NCBI GenBank assembly: GCA_964247055.1
Contig: OZ176056.1
Span: 3,844,001 to 3,908,000 of the forward strand
Source of the DNA: Paragordius varius
Taxonomy: Eukaryota > Animalia > Nematomorpha
Length of the DNA stretch: 64,000 nt
Direction of reading: 5' to 3'
Part shown: one piece after another, positions 50,530 to 62,584 of the stretch
Layout of the letters: every line of letters starts with the position of its first letter
How positions within the stretch are numbered: the first letter of the stretch is position 1
Position numbers and translations under genes: made by a program
The notes under the pieces: generated by a model
The model's database searches: none
What the model was told of the DNA's origin: nothing
The model's input: only the letters and a program-made list of their open reading frames with translations

Positions 50530-53500
50530 ATGTCGAAAGCAGACGAGTCCAAAAACGCAGACGATATCGTTACCCGTACTCAATATTTTTATTCTTGTGA
50601 TAAACAATCATTATTTTCTAACACAGCAAAATTAAGCATGACTGAGTTAACGAATAATGATGGAGAAATCGCAGATTCGGACATTAAAATAAATCTAAAT
50701 AAAGATGGAATGGACATTTGTTCCGATAAGAAGATATTGGATGAAAATCTAACCAATCTTTCTTATGAAGTTTCGAGAGATAATTCATCAGATACTCTCA
50801 CTGTTTTAAGTAGTTGGAGTAGCAGTCAAGATTCATTAATGCCTTTGGATTTAAGTTTAAAGGGGACGTCCCAAAGAAACTCTATTGCAGAAAGTAATGT
50901 AGGTCATTTTAAAAAAACAAAAAATACGGCTCTAATAGGAGTCATTGCCAAAAATGATCCGTTTTATTTTCCTCTTAAAGGGTTTAAACGCAAAAGAAAA
51001 AATAAAATTACGATAAAATCGGATGGCAAGATGATGTTGATCGATAAAATTAACAAGACAAATAATATCCTTGTAACTGACGAATTCCACATCAATAATA
51101 ATATTACACCAAATCCGAGTGATCATGTCAGTAGTCAAGAAGAAAGCCCAAGCTATCAAACAAACCATAACAATGGATTAATTCAATGGGAAGACTCATC
51201 ATATTTTTCGGCACCAGCCTCTTTTGAAAAATCTCCAGAAATTAAAACAATAGAAAAACAAAAACCTAAAAATGATCGATTCGAATCTAACTTTAAAGAT
51301 CAAACTTTAATAAGAGATTCTCCAACAGACCTTACAAAGAAAATAAATAATGATTTATTAATGGATAGACGACAATATTATATAAATAATAATAAAAATG
51401 TTACTGGTAATAATAATACTAATTATCATTCGCCCTATAATGGGAAACACAGTAAAAATTTGATTGAAAACGTTGTGAAACAAAGTATTATTTACACACC
51501 TCCACATCTTAAACACAATGGTTTAAATATGATAGACAAAAATTCTAATTTGATTTTGCCCCATCACCAAACGTCAATTAATACAAATACAGTGGGTTTA
51601 AACAATATAACCGACTATAATATGAAAAATCCGGTGTTCAATATGCAAAGAATGAATAAACAATTTCTTCCCAATTCTCAATATGGATACGGGGTCAAAA
51701 ATAATTTGCATCTATCCAGAATCTTACTAAATAATGGTAATAAAGCTTCGATCATGAACACGATGAATGACAATGTTAATGCAAACAATATCGATTTTGA
51801 AAAGTATTCACACGATATGATTGTCGAGTATTATGTACGCATGTATAAATCATACGTTAGTCAGTGGAACCAAATGTTTAAAATTAACCCACAAACTAAA
51901 ATAGATGAAAATATCAATAATAATATAAATATGATGGGGGAAACAAATGTTTTACCCAATTATTGGGGCTCAAATAAAAACTGTACGGATGTTGTGGAAA
52001 CATCAATTAGCAATGAAATAGCTAATGCACATTCTGTGATAAAAATTAACCCATTTTGTGATAACGATTTCGCAAGAAAAAACGCCTGTGTTAAAAAACG
52101 ACCACATTCGTGTTTAGGAGGATATGCTCCTTTTATGCATCAGGATAACACTGTTGTCACCAATAATAAATATGAAAATGTAATATCGACATCTCAAAAG
52201 ATAGACTTTCAATCGAAAAACAGGGAATCTAACTCGCTTTGTTCAAAGTCTGCTCCTATTTCAACCTTACTTCATTCCAATAACCCATATACATTTTCCC
52301 AAAGCCAATCTACCCATACCCAAATAAAAAATGCACTAATTAATTCTAATAATAATAATGGTCAAGGAAATGATGGAAATTTGAATCGTGTTCAAGAGCA
52401 TACTTTATGTTCGAAAATCGAAAATATTAAGGAAGAAACACCAACAAAAGGTTTTAATAAAACGACAAAGCGAAAAAATACCCTATCTCCAAACCAATCC
52501 GAATTTTTGAACATACTTCATAAAAAGGTACATATTTTTCATTATTCGTTTTAAATAATATATTTTCACGTTTAATACTTGTGTTTTAAAGATTTGACGT
52601 TATATAAAAAATACGATATCATTCAATAATTTAAGTTTAATGGAACCATAAAAATCCTAGCATAATTTAATTAAGTGTAATCGGAATTGGGTTTTACCAA
52701 AATCTATTTAACACTTGGATACAACACATTCATTTCAGTTACCCGATTCGAATTGGGTGAGACCCCAATTTTATAAATATAGAGCAAATTAAAACCATGC
52801 AAAAGTTTTCACTTATATAACATTGATGCACCGAAATATAAAAAAGGGTTCATTTGAAAACAATTGATACTTATTTTATAGATTAATACAAATGTAAAAT
52901 TTAGTCATATGAGGCGAATCAGTTAGGATATAAAAATAATGCAAAATAAACCACCTTTTTTGTTTGTAGCAATGTTATAGTTTTTGAGTATCAACTAAAT
53001 ATATTCTGGGGTCTCTAGATACCCCAAATTGAATCGAAGTGTTAATGAACTGTTAAGCCATAAAATAAATAGTTATGTAAAAATAGGTTTGAAAAAAAGA
53101 TACTAATATAAACAATAAATATAAAACAAACAACTGAAAATTATACAGGCGTAATTTAGATGGACAAAATGGGTAGTTATGATTGATATTTTTTAGCCTT
53201 ATAATTTTCAATCATTGTAAGCAACAAAAACATATTATTTTAGTTATGTTCAATTCAAATTATTTGTTACAATAGTTTTTTTAGAAATTTGTTGAGATTA
53301 ATAAAAAGTTAAGGTTCAAAAAAATTATCTAAATTTTACAGTATGTAAAACTCCTTTATTTAAAAATTATATGCATATACATAAAAGTATTAAGGCGGGC
53401 GGAAGGTTTTCGTAAAATCACTGCCACTTATAAACTTGAGGTAATAGAACCAGTATAAACAACATTTTAAATATATACCATTTACAGTTCAAATTCACCC

Positions 53501-55420
53501 TTGAACAATTCAAATTCACCCTTGAACAATTCAAATTCACCCTCGAACAATTCAAATTCACCCTAAAAATAAATTATGTGTTTTCGAACTAATATAACAC
53601 ACTATTAATATGAAATATATCTTTATGGCATAGTTTATTATTTTTTCAGTATTATTTAAATTTAAAACAAAATTTTAATTTTTAAAATTATAAATAATAT
53701 ATAGGTAATTTTTCATCTTAAAAAACATATAATTTATTTCAAGGTGAATTTGAATTGTTCAAGGGTGAATTTGAATTGTAAATGGTATAAATCATGGCTA
53801 TAAGTCCTTTGATACAAATTGGGGCAGTTGATGGCCCCAGGCCTGTTTAATTAAAAAATATGGAATGTATTGAAACCGTTTTGAAAATTTGCACTTATAA
53901 AATATTGATACATACAAACATAAAAAAATCATTCAAAATTACTTGATGATATTTAGGCAAAAATTTAGACATTGACATACTTGCACCAGTTAAATTTTAT
54001 AATAATGCGAATTTAGCCATTTTTTCTGTTAACATTAGTATTTTATAATAGTTAAATTGTAAAAAACCCGATGTAGAGATAAAAAGTTGTACAATAAAAA
54101 TTGTGTTAAAGTAGTAAGTGTGAAACTTTTTATTTCAAAATTAAATTTTACTATGAGATATTTTGGCTTATTGATGAATTATAGAAGCATAAATAGTTGG
54201 TTTAGATAATTTATATAAAATTTAATTAGTTTTTTCGTTGCAATTGACGTTAATTATAGATATAAAAAAATTAAATTTAGATCGGGCATTAGTGTGTTAA
54301 CAGATCAAAAAATATAAGATAAGGCTAGAAGTATGAATAAGGGTAGCTCCCAAAATTTTATAATTCAATATACTTAATTATTAACATGATTTATTTAACC
54401 TTAGTCAAAATTGCATCATTCTTTCAAAACCGGTTTAAATATCACCATTATTATTATCATGCTATTATTATACATTTATTGACTTTAAATTGAACCTTAT
54501 CGGGATAAAATTTAATTTTACCTGGTAAAAAAACTAATTAATTATATATCTATTTCAATATTGACATAAAAATTTATTGAACAGGGTAGGGTGTAGTGGA
54601 TACAGGCCTATATACTTGTGTAAATATTAACTCACAAGAATTGGGAAAATATTTTTTTGAGCTTACTAAGACGGTTAGTTACTCAAACTTAAATTAAAAA
54701 AAAAGGTGTTCGGATTAAAAAGAGTTTTTAAAAATGTTAAGACGCCAAAATCGATACATTAAAAAATATGTCATAAAAGGATGATAACTTATGTCACATT
54801 TAGGATTAACACTTTATTACCTTTTCAATTTTTTGTTCTAGTTTACATTTTAAGGGTAAATTTATACAGTCATTTTTGTAAAACTACAGTTTTGAAAGTT
54901 ATTTTAGTTAAAATTTAAGATCAAAAATTTTCCTCATACATTCGATGAAAAAGCTTGTATTTTTTACATTGTGAGTTCTAGAGTATAAAATTGGGCCTCC
55001 AAAACATGATTAAAACGAACAGCTGATATTGAAATAAAATATATAAGTTTTTGCTGGTAATTGTAGCCTGAAAGCTTTATAAAGTTAATTATTTACATTT
55101 TAACAAAATATGCATTTATTTGCCTGTTGCATTGGCAATTTAAAAAATTTAATAAGAAAAATAGCGGAAAAAAAGTTACAATTTTACATTTTTTTCAAAA
55201 AAAATTTAAATAGTGCGCTTAAAAGGCTAAAGAAAGCATATTTTTAAATTCGGCTCAATACCTTATATAAAATACTCACATAACAAATCGCTCTGGGATA
55301 TAAAACTAACCCAAAAGCCAATGAAGCGTTAAATAAAGTTTATTATTATTACTTATTTTGATTAATAAATGAAAAAATTATGTGTAAAAAGTATTAATTT
55401 TTGTTTAAGCTAAAATTTCT

Positions 55421-55455
<35 letters not shown>

Positions 55456-55922
55456 TTTTTCATTGACCAATTGGTAAAGCGGAGTAACCAATAATATCTC
55501 TTTTATACTTTGCAAATAATTTTTTTTATAAACACCTTAAAATTAAAATAAGTTTTTAATTATTGTATGATTGATATAGGTTTAGATTAAGCACCATTTA
55601 GACAGGTATGACGCAAATTTGTACAATTTAGTGGGTATTAATGATAATTAGTGTTATTATAGACACATCACCTTTCATATATCATAAAAGCTCACTCTGT
55701 ATAAATAACAAAAAATATATAACATAAAAATTTAATTATTTATGAATCCCATTCACACCCTAATCAGATTTTAACAAAAAAAAGTTAAAAATTTTAAATT
55801 TATTTCACTTTAACTTGTATGGCTTGACCCAACGATTGTTTTTCGATAATCACACGTTATATGAATATATATCTGTAGCCTATGTACTCTAAAAAATTAA
55901 ACTATAAATAAATGAACTATGG

Positions 55923-55954
<32 letters not shown>

Positions 55955-58109
55955 TTATATTAAATGTTTTATATGCGCTCTTTTTAGATGCATATACCTC
56001 CGAATTTACCGATCGAAACGATTAATAATGGCCATGGAATTAAAAACCCTTTGTTGAATCTAACGGCAGAAACCGATAACTTGATTGATGAAAATTTGTT
56101 AAAAAGTATAATATATATAATATACATATTTTATTTATAACAAAAGTTAATTAATATTTTAATGAAAGCATAACACAATTTAAATTTTTAAGATTTCTAG
56201 CATTCCCTTTAAATTTATTTTTTTACCATTTTTAATGCAAAAAGATGTATCACCCAACACTTCATTCTGTCACCAATTACCAAATGGAGAAGCCGCCAAG
56301 GCAACTGACAATACGGATACAAAAATCGAATTTAAAGCCGATAATTTAGAAGTTAGCTCTTTAAACTCATTGGTGGACGACTCAAAATATATCATTCAAT
56401 CTACCATGTCTTGTTCTACGACAAGCTCCTTAAACTATTCTGGAGTATTAGTAGATGGAGGTCATCAACCTATAAGAGCATCTTTGGTGGAATCATCAAA
56501 TTTTTTATCCTGTCATGTGTGCAGTAAGGAATTCGCTTTCCCACGCTTGTTAAAACGGCACCTGAAATGTCATTCGTTGCTTAAACGATACCTCTGCACC
56601 TATTGTGGCAAAGGTTTCAATGATACGTTTGATTTGAAAAGGCATACTCGAACGCATACAGGTACGTTTTTTTGCGCACAAAAAAAAGTTTGCAAACTTA
56701 AGTTAATAATTTACATTTACAATTCGTAATCACCCTTAATCAATTCGAATTTACCCTTGAACAATTCAAATTCAGCCTCAAATAAATTATAATATGTTTT
56801 TTAAGATTAAAAATTACCTATATTTTTATATATATTTTAAAAAAATAAAATTTTGTTTTAAATTAAAAAAATACGGAAAAAATAATAAACTATGCCATAA
56901 AGATATATTTTACATTATTAATAAGTTACATTAGTTCGAAAACACATAATTATTTTTAGGGTGATTTAATTGTTCAAGGGTGAATTTGAATTGTAAATGG
57001 TTTATAATGTATGTATCTAATTAACTGTTTTAGGTGTAAAACCGTACAAATGTGATTTATGTGACAAATCTTTCACACAGCGATGTTCCCTAGAAAGCCA
57101 CAACAAAAAGGTTCATGGCATAGAATTGCAATACGGGTATAAGGAACGTCGTGAAAAGTTGTATGTTTGTGAAGAATGTGGTTTCACTTCAACCAGGTCG
57201 GAGGATCATTTAACACACCTGAACACGTGCTTAGCTATAAAACAAAAAGGTTTAAACACTTCTTCAGGGTCGGAAAAAACAAGCACCCCCCTATCATACG
57301 ATAAAAGGGAGAGCTGTTCAATTGCAAATCCAACTACTAAAAATACGAATCCCAACGGAGAAAAGGGTAAAAAGGGCCGCATGCCCAAAAGTTTAGTAAA
57401 GGCTGCCAAGATTAGACATTTTGATAATCCGATAAATACTAATGGGGAAAGCGCCATAGATATGTCCATCAAACCCGATTTTTCAAACAATGAAATTTTG
57501 AGGAAAGCGTTACTAAGTAAAAATTATGATTTTGAAATGTGTGAAACCAAAACGCCAAGGCCTATTGTACAACAACATAATACCAAAGATAAAAGTATGG
57601 AAACACAAATAAAAAGGACAAATATAAATGACATTTTAAGTAGTCAGACAAAACTTATTACTTCTACACCTCCGTATTATGGAGCAATAACATCGTATCC
57701 AGCTTTGTACGATACCCTTTTTGCGCCCAATAATCACTGTGAACGCCGTAAAAAATCACCTTGTTCTCTATCATCAAATCAGTCTCAACAAGCTCAAAAA
57801 CACCAACCTGATATACAAAATAATTTGCTTGGGATGAGTAATTCCAACTTGTTAAACCAAAATATAAGTTCGCAACGATATATTCAACAATATTTGGAAG
57901 CATTATATTCAAGTTATTTCAATAACAATTCTAAACATTGCATAAATAGTGATACCTTCTCAGATAGTTCTATTAATAAAGGTGATTCAGCAATTGTTGA
58001 ACTACAAAAATTTTATCAAATGTTTAATGGCAATCATAAAAAATATGTCCCGGCCCCATTTTTACCACCAAACAAATTTGGTATAGATAAACTTATGATA
58101 CCTCTTTAA
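50530..58109 (+). CDS. ovo: Ovo/shavenbaby-like C2H2 zinc-finger transcription factor, about 1202 aa, 4 exons
   Basis: Exons 50530-52527, 55988-56105, 56245-56661, 57034-58109 (3609 nt, in frame). Fingers CHVCSKEF...RHLKCH, YLCTYCGKGFNDTFDLKRHTRTHTG|VKPYKCDLCDKSFTQRCSLESH...YGYKERREKLYVCEECG are diagnostic of the Ovo family. The motif NNGHGIKNPL in exon 2 recalls the conserved protostome Ovo motif. The exon 3 acceptor (AAG, 56243-56244) is weak but phase-compatible. Confidence 0.9.
52712..53041 (-). mobile_element. piggyBac-like MITE family B, internally deleted copy in ovo intron 1
   Basis: TTAA|CACTTGGATAC ... GAATCGAAGTG|TTAA. Confidence 0.75.
53478..53785 (+). mobile_element. MITE family A (308 bp) with 21-bp subterminal tandem repeats
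   Basis: TA|CCATTTACAGTTCAAATTCACCC ... GGGTGAATTTGAATTGTAAATGG|TA; TTCAAATTCACCCTTGAACAA repeated about 3.6 times (53488-53563). Confidence 0.8.
53803..53960 (-). mobile_element. piggyBac-like MITE family B fragment
   Basis: agtcctttgatacaaattgggg...ccccaggcctgttt matches 63841-63890 and the 14447 copy. Confidence 0.55.
56713..57000 (-). mobile_element. MITE family A copy filling most of ovo intron 3
   Basis: Reverse complement of 53478-53785 (aataataaactatgccataaag, attagttcgaaaacacataat, tgaatttgaattgtaaatgg). Confidence 0.78.
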
Positions 58110-58461
58110 TTATTATGGCATTATATTATATTTATTATAAAATTATGTGATCGAATCACCTGATACAATTTATATAAAAAATTATATTAATATTATTATT
58201 TTATTGCAAAATTTTTACATAATACAAAATACTCTTGTACGATTTTTTATACCAAATATCTGAATCCCATGGCGTATATATGCTCAATGTAAAATTATTG
58301 CATTTAACAAAAATTAATATATGCACATTTTACTGAATTTTGATCATTTTTAAAAAAAATATCCACCTGGTATATATATATCCAATTTTTTAGTTCAAGG
58401 GCAATTAATTGGTTAAAAAATTTGGAAATATACTCATTTTTATATTTTTAATTTAATAGCA

Positions 58462-58469
58462 ATTTACTT

Positions 58470-58514
<45 letters not shown>

Positions 58515-58524
58515 TTATATATAT
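58462..58524. repeat. (TA)n microsatellite between the convergent ovo and SVIP genes
   Basis: Long TA run; others at ~9179, ~13824, ~25092, ~55426, ~55922, ~60365 and ~61499. Confidence 0.9.
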
Positions 58525-58794
58525 GAATGGTATAACTATGTTTTTAATTATAAAAAATTTAGGTATATAAATTAATTTTAACAAATTTTAATAATGATAA
58601 TTTAATTAGTTACCAAAAAAATTATAAAATTTTAGTACACCCAAATATTTTATATATATTTTTAGCCTTTACGCACCAAAATATTTTCCGTGTGATTGAT
58701 ATAGCAATAAATAATAGTGAATACAAATTTATTTCAATTTATATATTATACGTTATAAAAAATATATAGATTTAGATTTTGGAATGCATAATAT

Positions 58795-59120
58795 TTAACT
58801 AACGTTCCACTATAAATTAAAATAACAAAAAATTACTCTAAGCGGACCTGGTTGATTTTGACCCTTTAAAACTTGTTCTTCTTGGAGTTTTTCTAACTCT
58901 TGAGCTTTTTTCTGTCGCTCTTTAAATGCCTGAGGATTTTGTATCCCTCGAGTCTCAGTCTGATTTATTCTTTTTTCAGTGGCTTGTAATACATTTTGAC
59001 GAATTTCTGGCTAAAAATATATAACATTATAGAAACATTTGGTGGACGTTGACTGCCATAATTTTGAACTCTATACTCATCAGAATTTTCTGAACCACAA
59101 CAGGCGAAAATGGCACCCAT
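58795..59120 (-). CDS. SVIP: Small VCP/p97-interacting protein-like, about 90 aa, 3 exons (absent from the ORF track)
   Basis: Minus-strand exons 59120-59037 (MGAIFACCGSENSDEYRVQNYGSQRPPN), 59010-58837 (PEIRQNVLQATEKR...TRGIQNPQAFKERQKK...GPLR), 58809-58795 (WNVS*). MG plus Cys-Cys lipidation-type N-terminus, VIM-like helix, RGI motif and LRWxVS* end match SVIP (human ends GGLRWTVS). Confidence 0.85.
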
Positions 59121-62100
59121 TCATATTATCAATAAGGCACAAATATTTAACGATTTGTTTACAGATAATACTCAAAAGTAAAATTAAACGATAAAATAAT
59201 GTTTGAGTTTTTTAGAATAATGGTAAATTTTTGCTGGATTCATACATATAATATATGCAACTTTTGTTTTATTAATAATCAGGATTATTATTTTCGGGTA
59301 CAAAAAGTGTCTTTTAGCACTTTGTTAGTAAATGATTCCGGTTGTGTAAAAAATGAAATGCACACAATGCGGGCGGAAAAATTATCGTGATAAATAGATA
59401 AGTCCAAAATTTGGGAGTATTAATATTATGATGTAATATACAGATATTTTGAAATATATGTGGATTATGACTTTGTTATGAGATATAGAAAAGGCATTTG
59501 TACTTTTTTATAATCAAAAAAATTAGTACAAATAATTTTTTTTGCAAAAGCTAAATGAATTTTGAAATACCCCAAACGTAAAGTATTAACAGTGAAAAAT
59601 CGTGGGATATTTAAAATATTGAAAAATACATAGATTCTGATCAAAAAATTTTAGGGGTTATTATGTGCTTTTAGTTTTGGCTATTCCGAGTGAAAGATAT
59701 ATATTTTTTATGGTAAGTGCCTCATATCAAAAAATGGCAAAATTTGCACACATTAATAAATTTTATTTGGCAGAGTTAAATGATTCATTGCGAAAAATAT
59801 CCCTAATACATATATAAACTGTATATAAAACGTAAAAAATATTTTAAAAATTTTGTTTTAAATGTGGGTTCCAAATATCGTTCATTATATTGCTATTCTA
59901 AAATAATCTGTATTTAACACTTCAGTGCCTTTTTACTTTTTTGGCCTATTTTACCTTTTGAGATGCTTTCATATCCCAGAGCTCAATTTTGCAAATAATC
60001 TACAGTTTTGAACGTTATGTTAAACTCTATGATTCGGACAGCTCCCAAGATTCTAAAATTAAAATGTATCAAGCTTTTGCTGGTCTAAAATGTTGCCTAA
60101 AAGCTTCTGAGGTAAATTATTCAAAAATTTAAAGTTGCCATGCTTTTTTCAACTGTTATTGAGTTTATACAAACATAGGGAGGTTTCATTATTATAGCTA
60201 ATAAATTAATAGCCAATACACTAAAAACAGCTATTCCTCCGATTTGATTTTTGCCTTAATTTATGACGCTTGACCTTTGGATTACGAAAGCCTATTATCG
60301 ATTACATTCCCAAATATTGAGCTAACGTAAAAGAGGTACCCCTAAAAAATATTAGATTTATATAATATATATATATATATATATATATTACATTAAATCT
60401 TAATAAATTAACAGTTAACCTGTATTGAATAAATACATATAAATATTCTCCTAATATAGGTACTTTCTTATTATTACAACAACCACTCAATTAACTAAAA
60501 TATTTAAATGCTTTAGTTTTGCCCTTTTTAAATATCAGTAAATTTTATAAAAACACTTATTAGCTATTCTCTTAATATAAACTGCCTCCGAAATCGGGTA
60601 ATATTCTGATGGATATATTCTGATAGAAAAATGTCAGGATTATTATAGTGTTTTTGGTTTTGGCTTTTACAATTAATTTAAGAAAGTTATTCGGACTTTT
60701 ATGGTAAGTACAATTCAAAAAATGTAAATTAGCGCACATTTTGTTAATTTAAAATTTTTGGTCAAACCTAGAGGCTTCATCCAAAAAATATCACTAAAAA
60801 TATCATAAATCAAACGATTTAAAAACGATTTAAGATATCCAAAAAACACTTTTTCTATATAAATTGGTGATGATGAACCTTTCTATCGCTTCAGTATTAC
60901 AATAAGGTTGGTGTGCTTTGAATTGTGGAATATTTAACATAAATTTGAAGACGAATGAATATTAAACGTGCTTATACCGTTATGTCTAATAGTATGAACG
61001 CTTCAGTAAAACTTTGCTAAACATCAAAATTTGAAAAGTACGCATTTAAACATTTTTTTGTTTTCACAATTTAGTCTATATCTAAAAATAGCCAAATCCC
61101 GCTATTTTCGCAATTATTTTAAGCAAAACTAGCCCATCTTAGAAGATCGAATTTGGGACTTTCGGAACCCACTTATAAAAATATTTTTTTTTATCAAAAT
61201 ATTGATTTGCTTTTAAAATATAGTTTATGATATATTATAGTGATATTTTTTGGAATGGAGCATATAGCTTTTTCCAAAAAAATTTATTTAAAAACGTGCG
61301 CAAATTTTGACATTTTCTGAAATGAAGCGCTTGCTACAAAAGTGTAAATAACTTTCTTATACAGGTCATAAGGGCCAAAAAGCACCTCTACAATTCACAG
61401 TCAAATGCAACATTTTTTCAACCAAACGCAACATTTAAGGCAAGTTCAACATTTTTTCAAGCAAGGACAACTAAAAAATTGTATATATTTTCCTATCATA
61501 ATATATATATATATATATATATATATACATTATCAGGATATTTTTTATGGACACTGGGTATTTCTACTAAGTTTACGCCTAGATCGGAGTTTAATTTGCA
61601 ATAGTTTACTGTGATTATATTACAATATAGGTTTTTTGTTCGCCCGTAATGTCTATATACTATTTGGCTAAATTAATTACGGTTTCGCTTAGTTATATGT
61701 CACATACATTCTTCATAAATGTCAAGATATCTCTTAATTTAAATCAGTAATAAAATGTTGAACTATTTATGTATGATCGGTAAGACCAAACCATAGTTAT
61801 CCGATGATATGTTATATATAATATTAAGATAAAATGATAAAAATAATTAAAATTATCTATAATCGAATTTTATTTGATGACTAATAATGTTTATTGTCCT
61901 ATAGATTGATATACAAGGGATTTTAATATAGTATTAAATAAATCCAATAATATAAATACATTGCTTAATAAAAACCTGAGTAATTTAAAAATCAAAAACT
62001 TTTACATAAAGGGTATTTACTTGTGCTAAGCGTTTAAATTTTTGAAAAAAACAAAAAACTTATAAACATGTCTCAAACTTATTATATAATAATTTTAATA

Positions 62101-62293
62101 TAAATGTTTTACCATTTTCGATTTCCCTGAAAAGCACATATGGGGTTGGTATCTTTATATAAACGATAAATACCATATTTCTTCTATAAATTAATTTTTC
62201 TCTGTCACCCACAATTTATTATTTATTTGTTCTGCCACCTTTTTGCCCTAATGTTAACACACTTTTAAGTCAAGGAACTTTAAAAGCCTAAAA

Positions 62294-62584
62294 CAGGGGT
62301 GTCCAACACAAATGGCTTCGCGAGCGGCATTTTTAAGTCAAAAAAGCCAGCGGGCCGCCTTTCCAATATAGGGGCATACATGTATTTAATTATAATAACA
62401 TAAAATGCTAACACATTCTTTCTAGTTCTTGCCAATTGGATATGCTTATGCAAAAAAAGATTGACAAATATTAATTTTACTGATTTTGAGAGCACATTTT
62501 GGCAAATTTTTGACCAAATTTACTGGCCGCACATAAAGTCTCGGAGGGCCGCATGCGGCCCGAGGGCGCGTGTTGGACACCCTT
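62294..62584 (+). mobile_element. hAT (Charlie-like) MITE family E, best-preserved copy
   Basis: CAGGGGTGTCCAAC ... gggccgcatgcggccc ... GTTGGACACCC termini; target duplication not preserved. Further fragments near 13207 and 46721. Confidence 0.7.

Noticed and set aside
53488-53563. 21-bp direct repeats resembling a CRISPR array
   Set aside because: No spacers, eukaryotic context, and the repeats are the subterminal part of a MITE.
59620-60830. Two similar segments ending ttatg|gtaagt (59712, 60703) that look like paralogous exons
   Set aside because: Frames disagree between the copies and the similarity runs through the supposed introns, so more likely a degenerate dispersed repeat.
61365-61614. 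ORF MQHFFNQTQH... and a possible exon at 61365-61480
   Set aside because: Driven by a short caacattttttcaa duplication and a TA microsatellite; no linked exons or homology.
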